This document shows positions 19,701 to 33,334 of a stretch of DNA of 64,000 nt, piece after piece. The DNA comes from Octopus sinensis (lineage: Eukaryota), in contig NC_042999.1 in the NCBI RefSeq assembly GCF_006345805.1, forward strand, positions 77,004,001-77,068,000. Reading direction: 5' to 3'. Both the position numbers and the translations under genes were made by a program. Below the pieces are notes generated by a model, which did not search any database, had not been told where the DNA came from, and saw only the letters and a program-made list of their open reading frames with translations. Each line of letters starts with the position of its first letter. Within the stretch, counting starts at the first letter, position 1.

Positions 19701-20399
19701 AAATGCTGTCGTTACAGTAAATAGTATAAGTTTTTGCAGTTTTTTAACCCCAGATATGTTGCTGATCTGGTGGAGCATACTAATCGTCAGGGTTGTCCAA
19801 CATTAACCGTTATATTTCGTCGATCCCGCAGGAGTGAAATGCGAAAACACTCGCGGTTTGTTTTGGGCTCAGGTCTAAAATACCACATAATAAATCAATT
19901 AATGTCGAAACTGACAGAACACAAACATTTGTGATTATTTTGGCAAATGCAACTGAAAAAAAAACTACGATTCCTGTAAAAGATCATTATTCACCCAATG
20001 AATGTTATAGCGAAACAAAATAACAAAATCATAACACATTTTGCCACGGAGAATTTTGAGAAAATTACGGAATGAATAGGAAAAAGGTTATTCGATCTTG
20101 AGAGAAGTGTGAATAATCACCACCCTATATTAAACAATTTTTTTACTGACAATATGACAAATACAACATTGTTCTAATCTATATATGTATGTATTCATAT
20201 GCATTATGTATACCTTGTACTTCATGATATAGTTCTCTGATTTAATTATGTTCAACTTAGTTGAAATGAGTGAGCTATCTGATTTCCAACTAAAATAAAT
20301 TATTGGAGAGTGAATGACTAGAACTTGGTCGCTGAAACTGTTGAATTTTTTTAATGTTTTGAGAAGTATAGTCTCTAAAATCATGTTGGCACTCTAAAA

Positions 20400-21160
20400 C
20401 CAAGGTAAAACCAGCTCTGACAAGAATAATTCTTGGCGGAAAGGAAAGTTCACATTGAGGAACAGTAGCCTAGTGCAATGTATAGTGTCTACAAAACCAT
20501 AGAACTACGGCTGCGAAAGTGACAGCAAAGCTAAACCATTATCTTGATAATCCAGTGTCAACCAAAACTGTTCACTTGCAACATCTCCCCCACCCTCCAT
20601 CAGCATTGATAATGGGAAAAATGGTTCATGTTTGCAGACAGAACCAAGAAACTTTTAACTCTGACTATTTAGTACCTATTGTGAAGCTAAGAGGTGTCTC
20701 TCTGATGATTCAGACAGTCATATCATGGAATAATTCTCCAGATCCGTTTGTTGTTTTGCATGACAGAGTTAACGCCAAGGAGTATTTAGGTTGATCGTGT
20801 CCAAATATTGTTTCGTGGTGGTAACTCCATTTCTAAGGACGTGATGGTAACTCCATCTCTCATATGGTCAGTGTTATTCACAATTGGCACGAAGACCACG
20901 AAAGGGAAAGAAAGCATTTGGACTGGCCCCTGTAATTACCAGATTTCAATATAATCGAGCATTTATGGTGCATTTTAGAGCAGCAAGAAAGAAGCCACGT
21001 ACCCTTGCCATCATCACCGAAAGAACTGAAGCAGATTTTACTAAAAGAATGGCTCGAAAATTCCCTGACAATCGATCAGAACATGTACGAATAAATTCCT
21101 CGATGTAATAAAGCTGTGATTGACGTCAAAAGTGAACCAACTCCATATTAAATGAATAAA
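20400..21160 (+). mobile_element. Highly degenerate Tc1-family transposase remnant
   Basis: Frame-broken translation: HRTTAAKVTAKLN...PVSTKTV; DWPL*LPDFNIIEHLWCILEQ (the WP.QSPDLN.IE.LW motif); KELKQILLKEWL...IPRCNKAVIDVKSEPTPY*. Confidence 0.7.
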
Positions 21161-21218
21161 TCTTCCTTTTAACAAGATGTTTGAATTTCTTTGTCCACCC
21201 CCGTACATGTGCGCGCGC

Positions 21219-21270
<52 letters not shown>

Positions 21271-21284
21271 GATCAGCTCACCGA

Positions 21285-21900
21285 ACGCCATCAGACGTGT
21301 TCCTATAACTAACAAGAGGCTAGATGGATAGTCCTCCAATGAAGCAGCTATCAACAAAGCTGCTGAGTACAATTGGTGTATAACGGATCCAAAAAAAAAA
21401 TCACGTACTGATCAACATCACATAGAAAGTGCCCTGAAAATACAAGAAAACCTTATAACGTAAAATCCACCATAGAACTTTGGTTTTTAAATCTGTGTTG
21501 TAAAATATTTCCTCTCCTTAAGAGCAAAATATTCTCAAACTATCATAAACACTATTAGTTGTTCAATTAAAACATAAATGAGAGCTACAGCAACCTGTAA
21601 GTATGTCTAGTGACATGCAGTGCGAAAAATTGCAAAGAAACACCAACGTGCAATTGTCGAAACATATGATTTTGCCCTCTTAAAGAACAAATTATCCACA
21701 AGAACATTTTGTGCCTGTAGTCATTAACCATCACAATCTTTGTGCGTGCGCAGACATACACTAAAGTTGTAGCGACTATAGAAATTCGTGGACGGTGAGA
21801 GCTGTGGTTGCTATATGTCTTCATATATAGCGCTAGGGTTAAAGACATGAGTCAAGTAAAGACCAGGATCAGGTATCTATAATTTGGAATAGTATTAGGT
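21285..21900 (+). mobile_element. Probable Penelope-like retroelement remnant (RT thumb/linker region)
   Basis: NKRLDG*SSNEAAINKAAEYN resembles the Penelope INKRL..LSSNE..FNKAA..YN motif; downstream frames are decayed. Confidence 0.5.
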
Positions 21901-22727
21901 GTTCCCTACCCTTTACCAGTCGGTCAATGTGGACGATGTTTATTAACCCTTGCATTCAATACAGGATTAATGATGGACAACTACAACGACCTTTTCTGGT
22001 GTCTAGGCGTTGACAAGGATAAAATGAACAGTTTATATCGGAATACTTTGAGCTCAGGAACAATTTCTAAAAATCACTAGCCAGGTAGTTCTTATACAGG
22101 GTATTACTGGTTCCAGTTAAACACGGTAGGCTTGGGAATGCTTACCGCTCGACTTGTCCGAGATTTGCACATATAGAGGTAACTTCTTCATGCATTCCTT
22201 CCGTGTCTGAGTATTTCTGATATGTGAATTTCTGTTGTATTTCCAAAATTTGTTTCTTTTAACTCATTTTTAATAGGTAGAATGAGCTCTAGCAAATGAA
22301 GTAGGTTATACTTGTTGAAAGGCCCGAAATTCGGCACAGTGTTTATCGTCTACTAGCAAACATAGGTTAGGACACTTTACAGGCTTGAGCTTATAGTGAA
22401 AGGTGTATATTATACCTCTTAGAAGATGTGGCAGGAGTAAATTTTACAAAAGTTAAATGAGAGCTGCAGCACTGATTTGAATGACGAGGGCGAATTTTCA
22501 GCTTCATCTGAAAACAATAGTGACTAGTGAACAATTACCCCGAATAACATACTGGTATTTTTTTGTTTTGTTTTGTTTTTTTTTTTGCTTTTTTCTCTGT
22601 GTTTTGTTTTGTAGATTTCTACATATATATATTATATGTATTTAGCTATGAACCCATATGTGTATATGAGTATATAAAAATATGTGTGCGCGCGCGTATG
22701 TGCACGTGAGTGCCAGTATGTATGTGA

Positions 22728-22760
<33 letters not shown>

Positions 22761-22867
22761 TGTATGTATGTATGTATGTATGTATGTATGAATGTATGTA
22801 TGTATATACATACGTATATATATATGTATGCATGTATGTATGTATGTATCTATATGTATGTATATAT

Positions 22868-22986
<119 letters not shown>

Positions 22987-23563
22987 TGTACACACTTACC
23001 TGTAAAAAATCTCGTGTGTTTTTTGCTTATTTCGTATAAAGAATTAAATGATTAAATAAATTCTACAAATTTTATTGTTTAGCAATGTGTTGATACCAAC
23101 AAACGCTCACAGAACATGTCATGACGCAAGGCATGTCTTGAAAATATCCATTGCTTGCTTTTGTGATTGATGACTTTCGTTATTTTAGCGTTTCTTCATC
23201 TACTTTTTAAAATCGTTAAATTCTCAAGGATGTCAGTATTAAATCATTTTGCGAAATTTTTGCAAAAAAATGCCTTTATCACTCATGTAATAGTTTTTTC
23301 GGGATTATGATGCACACAATGCTCATAGTTTCTTTATTGGGAAAAATATAATTAACGTTTGAGATTTTTTAAAAAATTACATATTCTTCGGTATTTTGTG
23401 AAATGTCTAACTATGTATTCTGGAATGTGACAAAATAGCATGGAGATAAAATGCAGCACTAGAAGGAACTCGTAGGGTAAGTTTGGTTTCATTTCATATA
23501 TATTTTGTAATGTGATTTCTGACCTAAATACTGTGAAAATGTGCATATTCCACAATATTTTCA

Positions 23564-23621
<58 letters not shown>

Positions 23622-23624
<3 letters not shown>

Positions 23625-24325
23625 TGTGTGTCAGTATTCAGTTTTATTCCAAGATTTCTTGTCAATAGAGAAATAGCTGGTTTCTAATCTAGATCCAAGG
23701 CTCCTTCATTGGAATTTCAACATCAAGGTATTTTTGTATGTATGGATGGTTGTAAATGTGCACATTTGTATATTTTATGTACATATGTATTATCATGCAT
23801 ATAGTTGCATATCTAGACATATTTTTATATCATTAAATGATAAACTTCTGAAAAGTTTTACAGACTTTTACAGTTCCAGTGATGGCTTGGATCAGTAGTC
23901 TTTGAAGTAACTTTCTCCTTTCTGGTTTTGAGAAGCCTAATTTCTCAAGATTGGTATTTAGGTAGTGTGTTACATGTCCCAGTGCCGAAATAATTGCAGG
24001 TGTAAACCTGAACTTGTAATCTGGATAGAGCAACTACATATTTCTCAATAGTTCAGCGTAAGTATTCTCATTGACCTTCAGCTTTATGTTAACATCCGCT
24101 GGGCAGCTGATTTCCACAACTGTACTGTTTCTCTTCTCTATCCCAAATCATTATATCAGGTCTATTGTGTTTATATTTTTATTTGGGGTTTTCAGTGGAA
24201 CATTTCATCGGGTACTCCTTTTTATTATGAGTGACTATGGCTTCCACCATACTGTGGGTTCATATTTCTTTGTCCTCGGGGTTATCCTTTCGACGGATCT
24301 CGTAATACAACGTCATGTCTCATCG
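23622..24325 (-). mobile_element. R4/Dong-clade non-LTR retrotransposon, 3' fragment (restriction-like endonuclease plus 3'UTR)
   Basis: The minus strand shows RPDIMIWD...VEISCPADVNI (frame-broken) and LYPDYKFRFTPAIISALG...ITGTVKVCKTF*. The 3'UTR matches that of the copy ending near 35430. Confidence 0.85.
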
Positions 24326-24439
24326 TGATGTGTGTACCTATGTAATTTTGTATTATGTATGTATGTATGTATGTATGTATGTATGTATGTATGTATGTAT
24401 ATATGCATGCATGTATGTATGTATGCATCTATGTATGTC

Positions 24440-25775
24440 TTTTATTTTTTAATTATCATGAATCTCCCACTGAGGAGGGAGCCAGTTTCCAATAAAGAGA
24501 CAAGACTCTATCTTTACGATGTAGTTAACATAGACAAATTCACATTTGGAACTTGAGAAAAATTTTGTATATTTTTACTGTTCCATTCACAGATTGCACT
24601 TGTAATGTACGAATCAGCCGGTTGATTTCTCTGTCTGAAAATTCCAGTTTATCCAAAATTCTCCTTTAAGCATTTACTAACAAAACCTAGTGCTCCAATT
24701 ATTATTGGTATGAATATGAATTCATAGTCTGAATATAGAAGGTGGAGGTGTTTTGAAGCCGTTGTCCATAGATATCATCTTTTTCTTTGATTTTCAGAGA
24801 GATAATTATATCAGCTGGGCAGCTGGGCAGCTGAACTCTATGACGATACATACCTTTGCCCCTCCATCCCAAATGACAATATCCGGCCTCTTATGTTTAC
24901 ATTTGACAGAAGTTTTGATGGGAATATTCCACCAGTATTACTCGAGTTAGTGTTTATGGATGTATTCCATAATAAGTGGATTTTCTAAGTTTATTTCAGA
25001 ACAGTCTTTCTTGGCACTGTAAATTGTTTTAGCGACAACATCGTGCCGCATAGGAAGGTAGTACCGTGATGACATTTTAGGACAGCTGCTAATCACATGC
25101 GTGATGTCTTCCACAGAAACATGCCATAGCCTACACATGCGGTTCCACCTTGTGATTACAAGAGCATCCCTGTCTCTCTTGTTCACTAGGTACTTTGTGG
25201 CAATCTCTTGTTCCAGGATTGCAAACGCACAGCCTTCAAAGTGTGATGTGATGTAGTGGTCTTATGTCCAAGAGAGGCAGCGCTTCGCGTCAATTTTACT
25301 GTCTTCCGGGCAACATAGTCTTCTTTTTTTTTTGTAAACTGAGTGCTATCAGCTGAAAATGTTATTAGTTCTGGTTGTGTTTTGGCATTGCTAACACTTT
25401 TAGCATAAATCTTGAAGTCGTCTACGAAGAAATTATGAGTTACATTGATATTTCTAGCAGTTGAAGATCCTAGCATGTAACCATTTGTTTTCTGCTGTAA
25501 GAACGAAAATGGATTCAGTGCCAAAATGAAAAGAAGTACAGAAAGGCTGTCTTCTTGAAATATTCTCTTTGAGATGCCTATACTATCTGAAACAATTATT
25601 GTTCTCAGTTGGAACGGAGAGAATTGTTGTCCACTCCTTTGTGAGTCTCTCTATAACAGCAATTAGGGTGATGGGTACTTTCGCCAGATGTAGGTACTTC
25701 AACAGCCATGAATGAGTGATAGAGTCGAATGCCTTCTTATAGTCAAGTCATACTGTCACAAGGTGTCTGTGCTGT
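24440..25775 (-). mobile_element. R4/Dong-clade non-LTR retrotransposon, second (diverged) fragment with RT remnant, CCHC knuckle and PD-(D/E)xK nuclease
   Basis: LDYKKAFDS, FQEDSLS, FFVDDFKIY; CRLWHVSVEDITHVISSC...RHD; KRPDIVIWDGGAKVCIVIEFSCP. Internally deleted and frameshifted. Confidence 0.85.
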
Positions 25776-25779
25776 TTTC

Positions 25780-27530
25780 TTACTTCAAAGAGTACAGCGA
25801 TTTGGTGATGATTACATCATACAGTCCCTTCATGATCTTATTAGTGTAATTTGGAGGGATGGTGCAATGCCTAATGACTGGAAGGATGAAATTATTTTTC
25901 CTCTCTTTAAAGGAAAAGGAACCAGAATAATGTGTGGTAACTACAGAGGTATTGCTCTACTATCAACTGCTGGCAAGATTCTGGCAAATATTCTTCTTAC
26001 CCGCCTGAATGGGTGTCTCGTAAATGATATCCTATCTGAATCTCAATGTGGCTTCCGGTCTTGTAGAGGGACAATGGATATGATGTTCACAGCGAGACAG
26101 ATGCAGAAGTGCTATGAGCAGAATATGGATCTTGTCCAGGTAATCATTGATTTAACCAAGGCCTTTGATACTGAGAATAGGACCTTGCTATGGAAAATAC
26201 TTAGCAAACTTGATTGTCCGGATCACTTTGCATTTATAATTAAATCATTTCATGATGGGATGGAGGCTTTGGTCAATGTTGGTGATGGCATGGCGGGACC
26301 CATTCTTGTAGAGAATGGTGTCAAGCAGGGTGACATCCTTGCCCCAATTCTCTTTTCTTTGTACCTTGCTGCTGCTTTTACCCATGCTTTTACCCATGCT
26401 TTTGCTAAGGTTAGTTCTCTGGAAATATATGTCAGGTATCGGTCTTCTGGTCGCCTCTTTAATCTGCGCCGATTAGCTGCCAATTAAAAAGTTTTCCAGT
26501 CTCTTATTCGTGACCTCCTCTATGCAGATGACTGTGACTCAGTCACACATACAATGGATGACATGCAAATACTTATGAATCGTATTTCCGCTTCTTCCAA
26601 GGCATTTGGACTCAGCATTAGCCTGGACAATGTTGTAATGTTCCAGCCTGCACGAGGAAATCCATATGTGGAACCAGCTATCTTGGTTGGAGAAACAACA
26701 CTGAAAGTGGTAGACAAGTTTGTGTACTTGGGCAGCACTCAGCCGTTCTTGCTCCCTGGATGATGAAATATCTTTCAGGCTGCAGTGAGCAGCTGATTCC
26801 TTCTGGTCTCTTGAGTCTCGTGACTGGTCCCAGCATGGCAAACGAAAATTGTTGTATACCGTGCATGTGTACTGACATCGCTCCTTAACTCATGTGAAGC
26901 ATGGACCCTTTACAAATATCATGTAAAGGTCCATGAACGCTCCCATTAGAGATATCTCAGGCGCATTCTGAATGCTGGCTGGATCGTAAAAACTCCAGAT
27001 ACACAGTTTCTGAGGAAAGCTGATATCTTGAGTATTGAGGCGATGGTGCACAAGAGCCGGTTACGCTGGACTGGACACCTTATTAGAATGAAGGATAGCA
27101 GGATCCCTAAACAGATGCTATATGGGGAACTTGTTAGTGGAAAGAGACCCCAGCATAAACCAAGTCTAAGATTTAAGGGCTGTGTCAAGTCCCCATCAAA
27201 GGCCTGTAATAAGCTGGAGACTGACTGAGGGAGTAATGCCTGTCATCGCCACAGATGGTGGAAGCAGGTTAAGGAGGGGGGTCGACACCTATAAAAAAAA
27301 CACGTATTCTTCATGAAGAATTTAAGCTTGCTGCTCAAAAGCGCACTGCTAGCGTAGTGGATGTGGAAAGCTTGGTCTGCAATGTTTGCAGTCGTATATG
27401 CTTGTCAAGAGCAGGGCTCTTTGGCCACCGACGGAACAGCAAAAGCAAAATATAAGTTAGTTCTAGAGCACACAATGTTTCTAAAGGTCAGCAATGGTCT
27501 TCCTCGTTCACTAGTACACGGCCATCATAT
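25780..27530 (+). mobile_element. 5'-truncated RTE-clade (BovB-like) LINE
   Basis: NYRGIALLSTAGKILA, ESQCGFR, IDLTKAFD, GVKQGDILAP, LLYADD (26515-26532), KFVYLGS, RLRWTGHL.RM.DSRIPKQMLYGEL and a C-terminal CNVCSRIC..RAGL.GH. Multiple stops and frameshifts. Confidence 0.92.
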
Positions 27531-28139
27531 GGAGTAGCGCTAAATTTTCCTAAGTTTAATTTATTTTGTTTTTAGTGTTTACATTGCGCAATAGACAGTA
27601 ACTTTTTTGCATCCTCCCAATCAGCGACGATGTCTATTATCTCTTACTAACATGTCCTAATCCTTTTCAGATTTTCTTTAAATGTTTTGAATCAGATATT
27701 TGGCCTTCTTTGTTTCCATTTCCTTACTCCTGCTATATATACATACATGCCTCATATCTGCTTGTAACCGATTTCACAAACTCACAGACTAAATCACAAC
27801 ATCCATCGACTCGGGTTTTGGGGGGTTGTTTTTTTTTTCAAGATTAGTATCCTTGGGGGATGCTGAGGGCCTGGTACGGGACTGTGGTGATGAAGAACAC
27901 AGGTGGACCTGGCCAGCTCTACGTATGATGACGTCTCTGGAATCACTAACCTAGGATGACCCCCAGCCCCGTCAAGCAAGAGTATGAAGCAGTAGCAGCA
28001 AGCTAGCAACAACAATTGCACATATGTTCGACAATGACTGCGTCTTCTATCATGTACTGGTTCTAACAGTAAAAGTTGGCATACAATTTCATTTCTTCAC
28101 CAAAAATATTTCCACAATTTTAAGTTTGCATTGTTTGAA

Positions 28140-29930
28140 ACGCTCATTTAATAATGGTATATTACCAAATAACATACTTCTGTTGATTTTGTAAATATCC
28201 AGGTGTCAGATTCATATATCAATATGCTTTTTACAGCAGCTCCAGAAAAACGGCATTTTGAAATCATTACGAGAGAGTACCCAAAAGTAACTGGAAACGT
28301 TCTCTGTGGGATATACCCGTTGTCGATCAAGCTTCCGCCGCTAGAAGCCACTTAATGCAACCCTCAGGCATCAGTCTATTGATCGGCGTCGTCGAGTAAA
28401 GTCGTACAACCAAGTGGTGCGTATTTGTTTTGCAGTGCTTCTCACCTGTTCATCAATTTTTGCGATGGCTGAAACGAAGAAACATCGGGATTCTGTGAAA
28501 TTCTGTTTTCTGTCGAGGGAACCAACGGCCGAAACAGTTGTCATGCCTCAAACAGCTTACAAGGACGCTGCCATGAGCAAAGTACAAGTTTACGAGTGGT
28601 GGTTTTTACATTTCAGGAATGGTTACTTTACGTTTGAAGAATGGTTACTTTACGTTTCATGAATGGTTATTTTACGCAGGGTGACCGTCGATCTCCCGAG
28701 CGAATGAAAACCTCATGAAAATTCATGAAATGATCTTGGAAGACCGTCACCAAACAATTGACGAACTTGTTGATATGATTAGCGTGTCCTGGAGCTCCTG
28801 CCAACGAATTTTGAGCAAGGAATTGCGAATGAAAAGGGTTGCAGCAAAATTTGTGCCTCGCTTGCTCACAGAAGATCAAAAGCAGTCACGACTGAATGCG
28901 AGTCGTGAACTAAAAGAGCAGTTGGAAGTTGATCCAGACCTTTTTTTCGAAGGTCATTATTGGTAACGAAAACTGGTGCTATGGCTACGACCCGGAAACG
29001 TAGCAGCGACCAAGTCAATGGAAGCATTCAATGTTACCATATCCCAAAAAGGCGCGTCAAGGGAAGTCCAATGTCAAGACGATGCTGATTTGTTTCATCG
29101 ATGCGCAAGGAGCTGTCCACACAGAATTTGTTCCTCCTGGTCAATCTGTAAACCAGACATTTTACTTTTGCCATTCTGAAGCGATGTGTGGTGAGACGAA
29201 ATGACCCCGACCAGTGGAAAAGTGGAGAGTGGTGGTTTCATCACGTCGACGTGCCTGCGCACACAGCCTTGAGTGTGAGACAGTTTTTGACCAAAAATGG
29301 CATGGCCCCGATTACCCACCCTGCAACTTTTTTTGTTTCTCTAAATAAAAAAAATCCTTAAGGGAAAACGTTTTGCAGATGTCGAAGAGATTAAGAAAAA
29401 TCGACGGAGACGTTAAAAGGCATCACTTCGCAAGAGTTCATGGACTGCTTCGAACAGCGGAAAACGCGTCTGGACCTATGCATGGTTTCAAATGGAGAAT
29501 ACTTTGAAGGCGGTAAAAGTATAAACTTATAAAACTAAATGAATAAAATAATATTGCAAAATTCCGGTTTCTTTTGGGTACCCCCTCGTAGATTGATTTG
29601 GCTCCCTTATTGCGGACATCTTACTTACAACTGACAATTCCAATTCAATTGTTATTTCACTGTCTCTCTTTGAGCTTTCTACCCACGATCCCAAATATTT
29701 GGTATCGTTTACACGTTCCAAGTTTGCACAAATTGATGATATAACGTGTTCTATTGCTTGACTGGGAACCATAAACTCAGTTTTATAGTTATTAACGCGT
29801 TATCCAATATGTTTTGCAGTCTTCTGAGAATGTTGAAGTAGTAGTTGAGCTTTTTTTGATCTTCTATTATCTGCCTAATCTGTATCAGAAATAATAGTTG
29901 CAGAATGACGTCTGCTTTATTGCGGAGTTA
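28140..29930 (-). mobile_element. Old RTE/RTE-X-like LINE fragment split by a mariner insertion
   Basis: The right part (29591-29930) reads D*ADN...KAQLLLQHSQKTAKHIG*RVNNYKTEFM...VNDTKYLGSWV. The left part (28140-28267) continues ..AAVKSILIYESDTWIFTK. Confidence 0.65.
28270..29588 (+). mobile_element. Full-length but inactive mariner transposon (1319 bp)
   Basis: TA|CGAGAGAGTACCCAAAAGTAACTGGAA...TTCCGGTTTCTTTTGGGTACCCCCTCG|TA imperfect TIRs with a TA duplication. The remnant shows an HTH region, KFVPRLL, (T)G.E.WCYGYDPET and ...GEYFEG; it is frameshifted and the YSPDLAP motif is deleted. Confidence 0.92.
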
Positions 29931-32859
29931 TCTGTAGACCTGTTTCTTCAGCATTTGGTGTTGAAATTCGTAATGAGATGTCTAAAAATGTAATGAAGAG
30001 GAAAAGTGCAAGAGATTTGACTCGCAAGACTTCTATCAGAATCTTAAAGAAATTTATATGACCATCAAAAGATAAAACCTAAACAACATTATCTTTGTAC
30101 AGAATGTTCATCGCATCTCAAGTGATGCCTGCAATACCATACACCCTGAGAATTTACGTCAGTTTTACCCGATGGGTTAAGTATAAATATTTGCTAAATC
30201 ATATGACAGCTTTTAGGCTTTGATTTTTGAAAGAAATCTACTTTTGACTTTGCTATTACTTTTTGTGTAACAGTTGCTAAGCAATAACACGTAAGACATT
30301 TGTGTACGTAGTCATCTGGTTTCCAGATTGAAAACGGCGGTCTGAAGTGTAATAAATATTAGATTGCTCAAATTGTTGATTAACAGCTTCGGCCTCGTTC
30401 CCGTCACTAATCATAAGAGCTGAATGGAATTGTCTATGAATATCCGATGAAAATTTCGTTCAACACCTGCTTTGAAATTTTGATAATGAAACATTTTTTT
30501 CAAAAGTTCCACTATTATATCAGTTTTCATGAATTAGTTTCACATCCTCCTTTAGAGAACAGCTGTGATGACTAATGATATGACATCTTTCAGCTTTTGC
30601 CAACAGAGTTTTGAGCAAGAAAAGACCAAATAAAATGATTAAATTGTACCATCACTTCGCCACGTTTAGCAGCATGCATTCTAATTAAATTGATAGAATG
30701 CAGCAATAATTGCATAATTAGAAATATGAGACTGTCTGCTTTATAATGGCATTTCATCCTTAACAAGTTGATCCAAAATGACTGCATCGTCCTTTTCGGC
30801 ATTCCTTTGTTTTAATTGGATAAATTCAAGAAAATACTCTTATAAAAATAATCGTCTCCTTAAAATTGATATCAGAATAACGAACTGATTCTGCCAATTG
30901 CTCGTGATCTGCCTGATTTTGAGTAGAGACAAATAGAAAGACAAGATATTTGGCTTTATGATAGAGTGCTATATAGCAATGTATGGTGAAAAGTAGAAGT
31001 TATTGTGTGAGCGTATTCATTTAAATATTAACAGTGAGAAATATATTATCCAAGGGGTTTTTTCCCTACATTTTTGAGGTGCGTTTCCATGAGAAAATAA
31101 AAGTTTTGTCAACACTTTTACTGATCTCATAAAATTTTCGAAACTGTTTTTCTATTCCTAAACTGCTTAAATTATGAACTTGAATGTTCCTAGCCACTAT
31201 GCGAGGCAAAATGTTTTGTTGTTAAACTTTTAACCAAGAGAGAATACTGCAAATGTTTCAGCATTTTTAATGTAATTTGAACTTGATGATCTATATCATA
31301 CATACAAACATACATGCATACATACATACATACATACATACATACATACATACATACATACATACATACATACATACATACATACATACATGCACACACA
31401 CAACACACACAGCTACAGACGTACATATATACATATAGAGCACCGTCAGCAACAGACGTGAAAGCGTAGAAGACCGTTTAAATATGCCCTTTTGATCATT
31501 TTCTTTTTCTATTATGCTGACTCCACCAGCCTAAATCAGTACCTTGTTAATTTCTTCAGTTACAAATAAGTGAAACACCTTTTACTTACAAACATATGGA
31601 TATTCAGACCGGGTGACAAAATATATCTTACACCACGTGGAATTCTGCATCTACGACCATATCTGATATTGATAACAACACCAACACCAATATCAGCACA
31701 TGCAGTACTACGCCACCTGTAAAAGATATTCAGAACGTCGTGAGTGCTCTTCTCATTTCACTTGGAATTCATATTTAAATCAAAATCTACTTCGGAGCCA
31801 TAAAGAAAAGCCCAAGATGACCCTTCCGTCAGCTAAATGAAGCATCTAAAAAATATTGAGAATATCATCCAAATTTAAACAATATTACCGCAAATAAGCT
31901 TCAGCGGCATTAAGCATCTTTCTCGGCAAAAAATGACTATCAAAGATAACAGCTGTTATTCCAGCTCTCGTGATACTAATTAATCTTCTCAAAACACTGA
32001 GAACCGACCAAAATTCGCTATCAGAGAGGTTGATAACACCGTGTAACAAAATTTTCATTTTTTTTTTCTTTGGTTAGTAGATGTTATTTCCTATTTGCTT
32101 TTATCTAAATATCAAAAGGAATTGCTACTATTCCCTTCAAAGTTTGCTTTTGTGACCTGAACGTCAACGTTTTGAAACCGACCTATTTTCCATTACATTT
32201 CAGACAGATTCAGCGCAGAGTTACTGAAGCAGAAATATCGTTATAGCAAATGTTCTACTGAGTACCACACATTTGCTTGTCAGTTGCTTGACCTTAGCCA
32301 CTTGAGTATGTCGCTTAGTAGCGAACAATATGTACATCTCTGATGATGAGCAAGAGTAGTGAGGGAATGTCATAGCCATGTGTTGAGAGGGATGGATTCT
32401 TTGGGACTTGAACAAATGTAACAAGAGCAAGGTTTTAAGGAAATATTAGCCATTTTTCATGCTTTCTAGGGGGAAAGCAAATAAGAAGTAACAATGCTAC
32501 CCAAGGACAAAAATCGTGTTACACAGTGTAATAATGTAAACAAACCGATACAATCCCAAAGCAGAAGCTTACCAAAATATAACTAATGAACTTTAGATAC
32601 CGCGACGCCCGAGGAAAGCCAAGAGACTACCGAAAATGGAGATCATATCACATTTCTGTGGAAGACATCATACACGTAATAAGCAGCTGACCGAAGATGT
32701 CGTCAAGGTACCACCTTCCAATGCAACACAACGTTGTCGCTAAAACAATATACAACAGTGTCCGAAAAAGACTTCCTGACATATAGAGCATTTCATTGTT
32801 ATTCAATGCATACATAAACATCCACACAGGAAATATTGGTGGAATATTCCCAAGTGAAG

Positions 32860-33225
32860 GCATATGGCTCATTGGTTACAGCGTTGGGCTCACAATCATG
32901 AGGTAGTGAGTTCGATTCCCGAACCGGATTGTGTGTTGTGTTCTTGAGCAAGACGCAAGACACTTTATTTCACGTTGCTTTAGTTCACTCAGCAGTAGAA
33001 ATGCGTTGCGACGTCACTGGTGCCAAGCTGTATCGACCTTTATCTTCCCCTTGGATAACATCGGTGGCGTGGAGAGAGGACTCTGGTATGCATGGGCAAC
33101 TGCTAGTCTTCCATAAACAACTTTGCCCGGGCTTGTACCTGAGAGGGGAGCTTTCTAGGGTGCAATCTTATAGTTATTCATGACCGAAGGGGGTCTTTGC
33201 CCTTTTTTTACCCTTTATTCCCAAA
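32860..33225 (+). mobile_element. tRNA-derived SINE (distinct family; head shared with 46565 and 46870)
   Basis: A box TGGCTCATTGG, B box GAGTTCGATTCC, then GTTGTGTTCTTGAGCAAGAC...TTTCACGTTGCT..AGTTCACTCAGC. Confidence 0.75.
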
Positions 33226-33334
33226 TGTAAACACAACATGCTGAATATAGCTGTTTGGGACAGACAAGAAAATGTTTGTAACGTCACAAAGTCAGCATGC
33301 CAGAACGTAAAGTATAATATATATACAGCATGTT

